A stretch of 64,000 nucleotides of DNA from Tubiluchus corallicola. Its lineage: Eukaryota > Animalia > Priapulida. Each line of letters starts with the position of its first letter. Position 1 is the stretch's first letter. The notes below the pieces were generated by a model, which saw only the letters and a list, made by a program, of their open reading frames with translations, had not been told where the DNA came from and made no database searches. This document shows, piece by piece, positions 1 to 13,889 of this stretch. The position numbers and the translations under genes were made by a program. Where the stretch lies: the NCBI GenBank assembly GCA_030141605.1, contig JAQGDQ010002368.1, positions 62,001-126,000 on the forward strand, read 5' to 3'.

Positions 1-302
1 ATTCTAACTGGTTCATGTCCAGATGGACTGATTTGGATTTTTTATCAAGTGAATCGTTTCTGCTAAATGTAGGACACTTCAGCAAGTGATTATTGTCTCT
101 GCTTGTTCTTAGTGCCAGCATTTTTCCATTGACAGAAGTATTTGTTTTGGATTTTTTTGCTTGGATGAACCAATTTACATCTTTAGTCAAACAGAAACAG
201 TTAGCCCACAAGGCTTGCACTATTCTTTTCTGTTTGCCGAAAACAAATATATTTTCCCGCTTCTCGTTCTGTATTCTTTAAGTTGATTCTTATGTTTTAC
301 AG

Positions 303-403
303 CACTTGCCACTAGCAGTCAAAATGAATGCTGCCAGGATAACAGCCAGTCAATGAACCAGACAGGTCCCATCCACAAAATGAATTACCCTTTTAAAGTA
401 TGA
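303..403 (+). other. possible terminal coding exon of a gene lying left of the window
   Basis: Acceptor-like TTCTTATGTTTTACAG ends at 302; open frame (x)LATSSQNECCQDNSQSMNQTGPIHKMNYPFKV* stops at 401-403; AATAAA at 499-504. No recognisable homology. Confidence 0.2.
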
Positions 404-911
404 TGGTGCATAAGTCTTTGTACATTATCACACCTGCTTTGAGAGTGCTGCTTTAGGACGTGAAAAACATGCACATTTTGATAAGCAAATTCTGTGATAA
501 TAAATGCTAAGATTGTCTAGCTTCTATAAATTTACTAGTTTTTCAAGTTTACTTTGTAGGTTCTTTTTGATGTCATATTATAAGTATGTAAAGTAATAAC
601 CAAATGGAATTTTATTACTGAAATTTGTGGAATATTTGCTTCGTTTTAAATTTAATTTCTAGTCTCATGGCTTTTATTTTGTTTTATACTAGATACTCCT
701 GTTTCTTTCCATTTTGGATAGAGTGAAAACTGCTAGCCAACTTCTTAGATACAGAAGTGGAAAACTGTTAGAACAGGCAGGGTGCTGTTTTTACTTGACA
801 AACACATAAGTTGATCAGTGCTCACAAGTGTGTCTGGTATGGGTCTTTCGAGAAACAGAAACATTCATACACTAGATTTAGCACACTTTTTAAAAGTTCC
901 TGCATAAAAAA

Positions 912-914
<3 letters not shown>

Positions 915-961
<47 letters not shown>
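915..961. repeat. (TAT)n microsatellite
   Basis: Uninterrupted TTA/TAT run of about 15 units; it produces the poly-Tyr in the spurious ORF 811..1005. Confidence 0.95.
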
Positions 962-1829
962 CTTATTTTATTTTCCTCTATTTGCAGGTAAAAAATAATT
1001 TTTAGGGTTTTTAAGCAAAACCAGAAAATTATCATTGAAACAACATATCCGTTGTTGAGTGAGAAAAGCAGAAATCAGTGGTAAATGTTTAGCATTATGA
1101 TTGGTAAATAGCTGCAACAGTAAGATATTAAAACATAGTAAACTTAACAAAATTTGAATGTACATTTTGGCAAGCAATATACTACGTAATTAGTTCTTTT
1201 GTTCATTACTATACATATGTATGAAATATTTGCAGAGCAGTAAAATTAAAGCAACGAGTTAAAATTAGTTTTCAAGCCTTGTCCATATGGAGCACCAAGG
1301 AACACAGATCTTTTATAAAATAATATTGCCTGAAATGAGAGTCAGATTATGTAATGTAAAGAATATTAAAGACACAAATATTGTACCATTATACATAACA
1401 CAGTTGATAAAAGCAGTCTCGTAGATTATTAAGTAAAAATCAGGTTTTGTTACTTTTCAAAAAAAATGGTTAAAAATTACATAGTGGCTTATATAGTGTT
1501 GGGTGTATAAATGATGGAAGCAATAAAATGCTCACTGTCATTGGAATTGGACAGATATTGTTTACTATTGAACATTCAATACTTGCCTGATAAATTGTAA
1601 TGAAATTCTTTTTGTAACTCTTAATGAAATATTTCTGTATTGTACTTAATGAATTTTGAGATAAAATTAGTGGCAAATAAAATGTATGTTCGATTATTAT
1701 TATTGCAGTCTATTTTTTCTTATTTTTGTTTTACGCATTGCCAAAGATTCTTTAATAATTGTTACAGTCTTTTATAGTCAGTGGCAAAAAAATAAACCCT
1801 GCGAATTAAGAATGGCCTGTTTTACACAA

Positions 1830-1955
1830 AGCTAGAATTATGATAGAACTATCACTACCAACACTGACAAAGATTATATAAACTCTGACAAAGGCTATAT
1901 AATCCACTAAACTATGGTCAATAATGCTCACATATCCCTCTTTGTGGCTTGGATT
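1830..1955 (-). mobile_element. possible decayed non-LTR retrotransposon endonuclease remnant
   Basis: Translation PSHKEGYVSIIDHSLV...VSVGSDSSIIILAL resembles the S-x-I-D-H ... G-S-D-H motifs at the C-terminus of APE-type LINE endonucleases, but the catalytic His is missing. Confidence 0.25.
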
Positions 1956-2494
1956 TGCATGTCCCAACAACAATGGGGTAAGGATATGCGTAGACATTTT
2001 GTAATTTTGCAATAGTGTGGAAACTCCTGCAACCAAGTTTTGCACCTGACAGGACATTTTATTCTCATTTTGAAAGTATGCAATTCTTGTCCAAAACTTT
2101 TTTTGATTGTTTGCTTGTACTAATGCATGCCTACTAGGAATTCTTTGTGACTCGAACAACGTATGACATTTGACATCTTAATACCATATCAATAACAAGA
2201 AGAGACCATCATAGAAGTTTGCTGATATTAACATTGGCTTTTTCAGTTGTAATATAACTTAACCTGTCATTCTTTCCTTTTCCCAGTTTATGTCGACCAG
2301 AAAGGTCTCAAGCCAGCTTTGAAAGCAAGTCGTCTACATTTGATAATTAATAATTAGCGAGAGCCATTTTTAAGTTTATTATGATTTTGACTTTCTACCT
2401 TTCATCGTCATATTCGTTATCAGACATGAGAGACCTCGAAGTAAACAGTTTCCCTAGACTTGGAGACATTAACTTAGTCACTGTAATTTATAAC

Positions 2495-2730
2495 AATAAT
2501 TAATAAATTCGTTTAGGACATAGTCCAAAGATACACCTTAAGTAACTCAGCACTTATTTTCAATGTGGTTCCGATTTTAATTACCCGCAAGTTACTTCGA
2601 TGAACCCGCGATCTTGGTCAAAGAACCAGTGGTACCATTTTTCAAGTCTTTGGTATGACTCTGTCGAGAGTTGAACCCACGACCTCCCGGGTAGTAAGCG
2701 AGCATGCTACTATTGAACTATGCTACCCGG
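2495..2730 (-). mobile_element. tRNA-derived SINE
   Basis: Minus strand starts with a tRNA-like head (A-box-like TAGTTCAATAG, B-box-like GGTTCAACTC) followed by GTCATACCAAAGACTTGAAAAATGGTACC, which from memory resembles the core of Meta/MESC-type SINEs; AT-rich tail. The 3' boundary is approximate. Confidence 0.6.
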
Positions 2731-4718
2731 TAATTTAATTGTGACCGTCTCCTCTGATATCTGACCTTGGTGGTTTTCTAGATGTTATCCCACATTCATG
2801 ATTGTATGCACAAACACAAAAGCAGAATACACGGCATAGTCCACCATGCCATGAATGTAGTAAAAAGTAATGGTGAGTAATTAACATAACTACACATATG
2901 TACTTGTTTGAAAACGCTAATATTTTGGCCATTTATCATTTTCCCAAATTTGTCACAAAGTACGTATAACACTTTGTTTGGCATGTACATGCAATATAAC
3001 CGTCTTTTGTTAAACTTAAATATACGACGTTTCGAAATATTAAATCTCTTCACTGTATAATCAAATCTGCTAGATAATTTAAGAATCAACTAATATACAC
3101 TATGAATTTTTAACGTAACATTGTTAAAATACAAAAAAATGACATAATATGCACAATTCCCCTTGACCATTGAACTCTTTACGGGTTTTAAAGCATTTGT
3201 TAATAAACGTGATTTTTAAAAAAATTATGTCCACTTTTTCTCTACTAAAACAGATTAACTGATTTAGTTACTTAAGATTTTCGTAAATAATTATAGGTGA
3301 CACAACATACATTATTCACATAAAAAATATTAAAAATAAATGAATATTATATATATATACATCTCAAATACAGTAACTATGAAAGCACAATTAAAGTAGG
3401 AGTTTTTTTATTGTAATAATAGATGTTAACGTTTGCCAGCTATAGCACTATGTATAAGGCAGCGTTTTTATGAAGCCCGTCTAGCGTTATTTTCAGCCAA
3501 CATTGTAAATCAACTTCAAAACAACTTAGAATTTTGACAGCAAGGAATGATATTCTAGGGTTTAGAATTTAACAGTTGTTCAACAGCGGCCTCTTATGCA
3601 TTTATGAGGAAAACAGGTGCCTCTTCTATGAAGCCGATTTGCAAGTAAAGTTTCTTCTCGCTGAAGCCACGTACCTCATCAGTTCAGCCAGTACAGCATG
3701 TGCTTTCTGTTTAACAATAGAATGTTTGTGTACGAAATGAAGCTGGGCAGAAGGAAAACAAACCCAGCAGCTAGGCCCGGTGTAAATTGCGCTAATCAGT
3801 AAAAATGTTTTGGCATTCTTTTCCCTCCACAGCTGCTTCACTAGCCAAACCACAGCGCGGCTCGTTACAGACTCCATATAACACAATGATGAAACATTAA
3901 CCGCGCCACTTGCTTGAGATATTCGTGAAACACATTGGAAACTTTGCTATGCTGTGCGGGCGTTGTAGATTCTCTTGAAGATCCTGCAGAAGTTCCACTT
4001 TAAAAAAACCAAAGAGAGAAAGGGAAAGTAAAAAATCGCAGGAACTCAACTAGGTCGTTATTTTTCTCTAGTGAAGTGAAAAAAGCACTAAACCTCTGAA
4101 ATCATTTGACTAATAAACGTTTGGTTTCGCAGGGATTTAAACTGCAAAAATTTACTTTTCACAATCGGTACGTATAACCTACCTTATATTCTGAATTTAA
4201 ATAGTAACACAAACTTTTCTCTCGGCAGTTATAACCCTGTAAATAGAGAGTGCATGTATATATGTATTTGTTTATTTGCTCAAAATAAAGAATAATTTCT
4301 GCGGTGACATTCACTAGCTGGCTGAACAAATTGTGCGTTACTGTTAAAATTTTGTTAAAAGGTATAGTAATAAACTGTTTATCTTGAAACGGCACCGTGC
4401 TGCATTTGACTAGCATTGTTGAAGGACTTAAAAGTAGTACTTGGATTTGCAAAACTGATGCTTGCAACATTTCTTCAGTTCACTTTGTAAGGACTTCCTT
4501 TAAAAGTTTTAATTATCGTGAAATTGTATCATCTTCAAGGCAACAAACGACTGAAACAACTTCTGGCAATTAATAACAATGACATCTTAACTGCACCAAA
4601 CTTCTGGCATTATGCTGTTTCTGTCAGAAGTTATAAAAATTACACAAAAGCTTTGTGAGCCTTTGTCGTGCGTAAAGAACCATTACGTCAAATCGTTTTA
4701 ATTTATAATCCTTAATTA

Positions 4719-6497
4719 TTAGCATCCAGCTTTTATCATATCAGCTGCCTTTTCAGCGATCATTACAACTGTAGCCTGAGTTGTTGCAGAAACTATTTCA
4801 GGCATAACAGATGCATCAACAACCCTAATGCTCTCTAATCCTCTTACTCTTAGTTGTGGATCTACTACTGCAGACAAGTCGTTTGGTGCTCCCATTTTAC
4901 ATGTACCTGTAGCATGATAGATGGTGGATGTCATAGTGCGTATACAGCAAGCCCAATATTCATCTCCTTTTAGTTGTTCACATCCTGGCACTTTCTGTTC
5001 ACGTAATCGAGCTCCGATCTTTTGAAACGGTTTTGTGTTCACAAGTTTCAACGCCATTTTTATACCGTCGACTAGCATTTTCACATCAGCTTCCTCGTCG
5101 AAGTAGTTTGGATTGATGAGTGGTTGATCGTACGGGTCAGTGGATTGCAACAGAATCTCTCCCACACTCTGCGGTTGAAGAAGAAAGACGGCTGTTGTAA
5201 AGATTTGCCTGCCAATATGCTCGTCATATCTAAAGTCCTTCACAAAGCTTTTGCTAAACCCTAAGCTTTTTTGTGTCATTTCACTTGATATGCCGCCAAT
5301 ACCAAATCCTACCAATGATATTTGCACATCAGGAGATGTACGTTCAGCATCTGAATGATTAGTTTTTATGTATGCTATTCCTTCTAAAAGTGTACTACTT
5401 AGTGGTCCATACCCAAATAGATTGTATTTAAGTTTTGTCAACCAGTTTGTCAGTTCTGACTTTGTGGGTATCAGGCGATCCTCAATCCAGAATTCAGGAT
5501 AAAAAGTGCCTACGTGATCTTGCATGTACTGTCCTACTGGTAAGTTTTTCACAAGCGAAATGTTAAATTGTTGTAAATGCTCTTTTGGCCCAACACCTGA
5601 TAACATCAAGATATGGGGAGAACCAATAGCACCAGCTGAGAGAATTATTTCTCGCTTCACTTTTACTGTTCTTCTTTCCGCTCCATGTATGAAAACAACG
5701 CCCGTAGCTTTGTTTTCTACAAAAGTTACTTGCACCACCCGGGCATGGACTGCTACATGCAAGTTGGGACGGCGGGTGGCTGATTTCAAGTAAGCTTTAG
5801 AAGTACTCCATCTTGTTCCGCTTTTAATTGTTGATTGTGGCTTCATTACAACAAACTGATTCTCACCGTTACAGTCACCTACATCAAACCCTAGTTCTTG
5901 CCCGGCTTCAAGAAAAACGTCTGACAAAGGTGTATGAAATGGATCCGAGACCGGCCATGGCCCATTAACACCATGATAACCAGAACTGACATATTGGGTA
6001 TTTTTATTGCTTTCTGCTTTTTTAAAATAAGGGAGAACATTTTCAAAATTCCACCCTTTAGCACCCATTTGCTCCCACAAATCGAAATCATCCTTGTTTC
6101 CTCTTGTATAAACCATAAAATTTATACTTCCTGTACCGCCAAGCATTTTTCCTCTGGTCCACGCACTTTGTCGATTGTCACAGGCTGCACAACTGTATTT
6201 CTGTGGTACAGTTGTGTACTGCCAGTCTTGTTTTGTATAACGCAGGAAAAAGCTGGCTCCAGGAACATCAACATTTGGATTTTCGGTGTCTTTGCCACCA
6301 GCTTCTAGCAGTAAAACTTTAACAAAAGGATCTTCACTTAGACGATTAGCTAGCACACAGCCAGCAGTTCCTGCTCCAACTATTATATAGTCATATTCAG
6401 TATCGATGTCTTTCGTAATGACATAGTCATTTTGCTGTTTCTGCAGAATGTAAACACTCACAAATACAATGAAAGCTAAGCATAGTTTTCCTGCCAT
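4719..6497 (-). CDS. GMC oxidoreductase (glucose dehydrogenase [FAD, quinone]-like), paralogue 1, intronless, 592 aa from MAGKLCLAF
   Basis: [24 protein letters not shown]-binding motif, RGKMLGGTGSINFMVY, ILSAGAIGSPHILMLSGVG, YHATGTCKMG, LRVRGLESIRVVDASVMP. The ATG at 6497 gives a hydrophobic N-terminus and the same length as paralogue 2; the upstream in-frame ATG at 6557 is an alternative. Confidence 0.95.
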   Translation of the reverse strand: MAGKLCLAFIVFVSVYILQKQQNDYVITKDIDTEYDYIIVGAGTAGCVLANRLSEDPFVKVLLLEAGGKDTENPNVDVPGASFFLRYTKQDWQYTTVPQKYSCAACDNRQSAWTRGKMLGGTGSINFMVYTRGNKDDFDLWEQMGAKGWNFENVLPYFKKAESNKNTQYVSSGYHGVNGPWPVSDPFHTPLSDVFLEAGQELGFDVGDCNGENQFVVMKPQSTIKSGTRWSTSKAYLKSATRRPNLHVAVHARVVQVTFVENKATGVVFIHGAERRTVKVKREIILSAGAIGSPHILMLSGVGPKEHLQQFNISLVKNLPVGQYMQDHVGTFYPEFWIEDRLIPTKSELTNWLTKLKYNLFGYGPLSSTLLEGIAYIKTNHSDAERTSPDVQISLVGFGIGGISSEMTQKSLGFSKSFVKDFRYDEHIGRQIFTTAVFLLQPQSVGEILLQSTDPYDQPLINPNYFDEEADVKMLVDGIKMALKLVNTKPFQKIGARLREQKVPGCEQLKGDEYWACCIRTMTSTIYHATGTCKMGAPNDLSAVVDPQLRVRGLESIRVVDASVMPEIVSATTQATVVMIAEKAADMIKAGC

Positions 6498-7544
6498 AGT
6501 TTTCCTTGGAAAAGGAATAAAAAGTTTTGCAGTTGCAAGCCTACTTGTGTTACACATGTGGAGGACTTTGCTCTGCCGGGGTCTATGTTATGTTTATGTT
6601 AAACTGTTACAGAAGATTAGAAGAAACTGATTTGGTTTTGTGTGTTTATTTAGCATGCATTCACAATGATTTAACCTTTGACTAATTCATAACTACAAAC
6701 ATTGACACTGAGTATGTACTTAAAGGAAAGAACAAGTTACTTAGCATGTTAGGATTATATTACTGCTATAAATTAAACTTAAACAGTTATAAGAACTAAA
6801 TTTGCAAAAACACTGTTTTTAACGCAGAAAGGCAATTTATACTACTGCTGCACTGAAATTTTCGTTCACGATGGTAGTTGCCATTCACTTTGAAAATTTA
6901 AAAGACGTAAATGGTTAACATCGTGACTTTTCGTAAACGCATATTGGCTTTCTGTATTTGCGTGCTGCTTAAACTAATTCAAATTTCTGCAGCTTGCCAC
7001 AACGTTCATGCAAAAATATTACAAAATTAGCTGTCTAATTTTTTGTCAAAACTTATGCTTTTGTCGGAAATTGACTGTGTACTGCTTTTCTTCAGTTGGT
7101 GATTGACATCATTGGTGGAAGAATGGGCGTTCAAAATGGGAGGGCCATGCATAAAAAGGTCGCCAGTTTAAAGTGATTTTACTAATTACACGAGGCACTT
7201 ATTACACTTATATTCGCGAACATTCCAAATTCTGGAAGCAATTCTTTAATTTTCAAATTTATCTTTAGCATAAGTAAAACCATAATGTGCAAACACTTTA
7301 ATTTCGAAAAACAACATGCTTGTTTTATTTTCCTGTCAAAATTTATGATTAATCGACGCTAACACGAAGCTCTCTTCCCTCAACAAAATGTTTCCTACTT
7401 TTGATTTACGGGCGTGAAATTCACCACTCCAGAAATCGTATCTCAGAAACTTTAATTGTATCTCCGTGGTTCATGTCGACGTCGTTAACGTTGCCGTCGT
7501 TGTTTTTGATGTTGCCATTACTGTGTGCATCTAACTTCATATTC

Positions 7545-8590
7545 ACGAGCCGTAGCCTAGGGCGCCAAATTTCAGGGGTGTCAGATTTCAGGGGTCCAGC
7601 ATTAAAAAAAATTCTTATTCTCCTCGGAACATGCATATTCTTTCATGTTGATATAAAACACGTATTTTGTAACGCATCACAAGAAGCAGTTGGTAGTTGT
7701 GTTTAGACGAAAGTTCAGTGCAAATAAATCTAATTAGCATGTAGTATGCAAAAATGTCCCTAAAACACTGCAAGTAATTGTTTATTGCACTTAACGGATA
7801 ATCAACGATAAATTCATGTACAGATGTGCGGCAGTGAACTGTCGGCCTAGGGTCCACTTCACAGTGAGGACGTGAAGCAGAAAGCCTCGAAGAGAAATTT
7901 CTTGCGGCGTCCTCACGGAAATGAAACACATTGTTTTCTATGGGTCATTTCGCAGTGATGACGCGCGGCAAAATTCCTCGTGAGGAACTCTGCTGCCAGC
8001 TAGAAACTATGCGTCCTCCTCGTGAGGAATTTTGCCGCATAGTAAAAATACTGTATGTTCCATTTTCGTGATGAATCCTCGCGGAATTCAGTCTTAAATT
8101 TAACTGCTCAATTACTTCTTTCTTATTTAACGAACAACGTTAACACATTTCACTGTAAAATTACAAGATTTAATTTCTCTTTTAACAGACTGAAGATTTT
8201 TATGCTTTATTAATGCAACATCGATGGCTATATTCGTGAAAAAGAAAAATAATGCACGCATGTGTTTATTTTATATATTTTATGTAATTTTCAGATCTTG
8301 AAGTGCTTATTTTAGTAGAACTTTACAAACAGGTCTGATATTACATGATTAACGTTATTAATTGTACATCGTATATGAGAAATACGGCAAGTATAACTTA
8401 ATTTAGACATGGTAATACAGTATAAAATCGCCAACTACAGCTAACTGGGGAAAAACGCTCTGTTTCATAGTGAAATGAACTTTCTGGCTGCATGGTATTT
8501 CGAGAAAAATTGAAAATCCGTGCATCATTTTTCGTTGTGTCCTTACTGTGAAATGGGCCTAGGACGTCACGGTGTGTTGCTACGCCCCTG
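7545..8590. mobile_element. degenerate hAT-like MITE interrupted by a younger element
   Basis: The right end GCTACGCCCCTG is the reverse complement of CAGGGGCGTAGC, the same terminus type as the element at 46204. The left end is decayed (GAGCCGTAGCCTAGGGCGCC...CAGGGG repeats) and no clean TSD is visible. Confidence 0.35.
7851..8559. mobile_element. PIF/Harbinger-like MITE
   Basis: 21-bp TIR GGTCCACTTCACAGTGAGGAC versus reverse complement of the right end GGCCCATTTCACAGTAAGGAC (18/21); 3-bp direct repeat TAG at 7848-7850 and 8560-8562; internal inverted repeat GCGGCAAAATTCCTCGTGAGGA...TCCTCGTGAGGAATTTTGCCGC at ~7964-8038. Confidence 0.7.
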
Positions 8591-9282
8591 TCCATTCCAA
8601 TTTTGCGCTGTTGCAATTATAACTATAATTAGCGCATTTTTGTTATTACAACAGGACTTCTATGTAAATAAAATATAAATATAAAAAATATTAATATAAA
8701 TATATATAGCACTGTGCACACAGAAACTTCTTCACCTGGACAAGCTAAGCGTTCATACATTTGGGTCTGTAGGCTATGAGCAGTCCTGTTGATAAACACT
8801 TAACTTTGTAATGCACATTCTTCGTGACTCTAATAAACACATATGGCTAAGTAATATGGCACAGGCTGTTTTATTTATTCCAGTTTTAAGGAGTAGCTTT
8901 GTTTAATTGGATCGCCCTAGTAAATGAGCCTATAATAGCAGTTGAACACTGTAAGTCTGATTTGACGAAGTGTTTAAGAACTAAATTTTAATTTATTTGT
9001 GAAAATAAGATTAAGACGTTATTAAGAAAAATTAATGACCACTTAATGCCAGTATTTAAATCCAGGCTGCCATTTCCGCTGATTCTTATAAATAGGTTTA
9101 TAGGTAGAAACAACCTAGATCAGGAAAGTAGGACGCCGCGACTTGTTAGCCTTGAACAAGGTCCGCGTGAAATTTCTAGTTTTTGACTGTAGGTCCATTA
9201 TATTGTTAGGATAGATGTGAGTGCCCTGGGCCGAAACTGAATGAAAAACGCAAAAATCATTTAGTGTGGGCTTTTATCCAAT

Positions 9283-11061
9283 ATGTGGTTGAAAGTCTTC
9301 TCCGTGCTAGCAGTTGTTTCTGGTGTTCTTTACTTTAGATATGAGGATGATTACGTCATTAGCAATGACGTAGATGAGGAATATGATTACATTATAGTAG
9401 GCGCAGGAAGTGCTGGGTGTGTTTTAGCTAACAGGCTGACAGAAGATCCTCTTGTGAGTGTTCTGCTGCTAGAAGCTGGTGGCAGAGATACAGACAATCC
9501 TGATGTCGACGTGCCAGCAGCGAACGGTTTTTTGCGGAATAGCAAACAGGACTGGCAGTACAGAACGGTGCCTCAGAAAAAGAGTTGTCTTGCTTCTCCT
9601 AACAATCAGTGCATTTGGCCAAGAGGAAAAATGCTCGGAGGATCCAGCAGCATTAATTCCATGTTGTATGTAAGAGGAAACAAGGCGGATTTTGATTTAT
9701 GGAATACCATGGGAGCCAAAGGATGGGGCTACAAAGACGTCCTTCCTTATTTCAAAAAAGCAGAAAACAATGAAAATACTGAATATGTAAAGTCTGGTTA
9801 CCATGGATCTGATGGGCCATGGCCAATATCCAATACCTTTTATACCCCTCTGTCAGATGCATTCATCTTAGCAGGTAAGGAGCTTGGCCTTCAAGAAGGT
9901 GACATTAATGGAGAAAATCAGTACATGATAATGAAACCTCAATCAAATGTTAAAGCTGGAACTAGGTGGAGTACATCAAAGGCCTACCTCAAGCCTGCAA
10001 GTCGCCGTGCTAACTTGCATGTGGTAATTAATGCAAGAGTTACTAAAGTTATATTTGAGAAGAAAAAGGCTGTGGGTGTTGCATTTATTCATGGTGCCGA
10101 AAGAAAAATTGTGAAAATCAGGAATGAGGTCATTCTTTCAGCTGGTGCAATTGGCTCACCACAAATTTTGATGCTATCTGGTGTTGGACCAGAAGAGCAC
10201 CTAAAGGAAATAGGGATACAGCCTGCTGTTGATCTACCAGTTGGCGAGCACTTGCAGGACCACCAGGGATTGTTTTCAGAATTTTCCATAGATGCTGCAA
10301 TCACACCTACGAAATCAGATTTGTTGAGCTATCAAGAACGTTTAAAATATTATTTGTTCGGAAAAGGATTTAAGGGAACACATCTCTGTGATGGTCTGAC
10401 GTTTCTAAAAACCAATCACTCTCGCAAGGCACCATTTCCAGATGTTGAATTAATATTAGCTGCATTTGGACTTGGTTTTGATGGTGCTGAGCTGGCTCGA
10501 AACTTCACAGGGTTTAATGAACAGTTTATAAAAGATTATGGTTATGCAGAGGATGTAGACAAGCACAGGTTCTTGATTGCTATTTTTCTTCTTCATCCAT
10601 ATAGCACTGGATCAATCCGTTTGCAGTCAACAGATCCGTTTGATGATCCACTAATTGATCCAAATTACTACGATGACGAACGAGATGTCAAAATGATGAT
10701 TGATGGAATAAAATTAGCACTCAGGTTAATAGAAACTCGGCCATTTAAAAAGATTGGTGCCCGACTTCGAGATTACAAAGTTCCAGGATGTGAAAAACTG
10801 CAAGGAGACGAGTACTGGATTTGTTACATACGCACAATAACTTCTACAATCTACCATCCCTCTGGAACGTGTAAAATGGGTGCAATTGATGACGCATCAG
10901 CTGTAGTCGACCCAGAGTTAAAAGTGAGAGGTATCCAGGGCTTAAGAGTTGTAGACGCATCCGTTATGCCAGAGACTGTTTCTGCTAATCTTCAAGCATC
11001 TACTGTAATGATTGCAGAAAAGGGTGCAGATCTTATCAAAGAAGCAATGGGAGTAAGTTAA
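9283..11061 (+). CDS. GMC oxidoreductase (glucose dehydrogenase-like), paralogue 2, intronless, 592 aa
   Basis: Hydrophobic N-terminus; GAGSAG FAD motif; [21 protein letters not shown]; YHPSGTCKMG; VVDASVMPETVSANLQAS with the canonical His/Asn catalytic pair. Confidence 0.96.
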   Translation: MWLKVFSVLAVVSGVLYFRYEDDYVISNDVDEEYDYIIVGAGSAGCVLANRLTEDPLVSVLLLEAGGRDTDNPDVDVPAANGFLRNSKQDWQYRTVPQKKSCLASPNNQCIWPRGKMLGGSSSINSMLYVRGNKADFDLWNTMGAKGWGYKDVLPYFKKAENNENTEYVKSGYHGSDGPWPISNTFYTPLSDAFILAGKELGLQEGDINGENQYMIMKPQSNVKAGTRWSTSKAYLKPASRRANLHVVINARVTKVIFEKKKAVGVAFIHGAERKIVKIRNEVILSAGAIGSPQILMLSGVGPEEHLKEIGIQPAVDLPVGEHLQDHQGLFSEFSIDAAITPTKSDLLSYQERLKYYLFGKGFKGTHLCDGLTFLKTNHSRKAPFPDVELILAAFGLGFDGAELARNFTGFNEQFIKDYGYAEDVDKHRFLIAIFLLHPYSTGSIRLQSTDPFDDPLIDPNYYDDERDVKMMIDGIKLALRLIETRPFKKIGARLRDYKVPGCEKLQGDEYWICYIRTITSTIYHPSGTCKMGAIDDASAVVDPELKVRGIQGLRVVDASVMPETVSANLQASTVMIAEKGADLIKEAMGVS

Positions 11062-11534
11062 TCTGGAACTGATCAGTTTGTTTAGGGGACGCTCAGTGAA
11101 AAAGCTGGTCAGAAATGCTTCATAGTTGATAATTGACATATCATTCTTTATATACTGTTTCAAGCGTCGGCGTTTTTAGTTGAGTTAGCGAAATTATAAT
11201 TGGGTTGTTGTGAAATATTTGCAGTGCATCAGTACACGTCTTTGAATAAACTATAGTTAGTTATGTTTCCATTTTCTTTATTGTCACATTCATTACACTT
11301 TTTTCATAGAAGACTTTTGGTCGTCAGGTAACAATGTTAATCTTTCACGTAAAACCTTGATATCACGCACATATCATTTTGTGGAATAAGTGACAAACGG
11401 ACGAAATGGTTACTTAATGTTCACTCTTTTTGTCGTGCTTTTCTGGTATGTTTATAGCTTTCTGTGTGGTAGCATCTATCAGCAAGCAAAAATTTGTGAG
11501 ACGAGGCCAGTGGGGCATGGCTTAGTGCCGATCC

Positions 11535-11640
11535 CCTTTTCCCTCTGACTCTCTCTTTCCTTCTTTCTCTCTTTTTCTCTCTCTCCCTTCTGTTTATCTG
11601 TATGTCCCTTTCCCCCTTCTCTCTCTCTCTCTTTCTTTAT
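11535..11640. repeat. CT-rich polypyrimidine low-complexity tract
   Basis: Imperfect (CT)n/(CTT)n run between GMC paralogues 2 and 3. Confidence 0.8.
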
Positions 11641-12093
11641 CCATACAGCATATTGTAAGTAATACAGCGTACATACAGAATGGTTGCATAGGGGTTGGAG
11701 AACCTGCAGTACTTATAAGATGTATGCGGCGTATGCTGTGACAGAGTTTTGTTGTCGAGGTGCAAGTTGCTGCGGCGTCTACCGTATTTTGTACTCACAA
11801 ACTCGTTTGTTGACGTTCGATGAATTGAAAACGTCAGTTGCTAAAAAGAATGAAAAGACGTAGCTCAATATTGCTTAATGATTTATTGCAGCTGCTTGCT
11901 TCGCGGTTTGAGTTGTGATTTACATGTGAGCTTCTGGAAGAATTTTCAACCCTCTGAAATAATACTGTTCATGCAATATACACTTGGAGTTAGTACAAAG
12001 TCTAACAGTGCAGCAGTGTTTAAACTGTTGGCTCGATCACATGCTTACACATATGTTATGGATTTGATCACAGATGAAAACACTCAGTCTTAA

Positions 12094-13889
<1,796 letters not shown>

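Noticed and set aside
2-277. Stop-free minus-strand frame of ~92 codons (RIQNEK...FGKQKRIVQALWANCFC...MNQLE) running off the left edge
   Set aside because: No convincing splice acceptor, no recognisable homology, and it cannot be evaluated without the adjacent sequence.
811-1005. ORF with a poly-tyrosine run
   Set aside because: Artefact of the (TAT)n microsatellite.
5524-6308. Plus-strand ORFs overlapping GMC paralogue 1 (also 10089..10304, 12480..12758, 13505..13846 over paralogues 2 and 3)
   Set aside because: Antisense shadow frames of real coding sequence; their mutual similarity just mirrors GMC paralogy.
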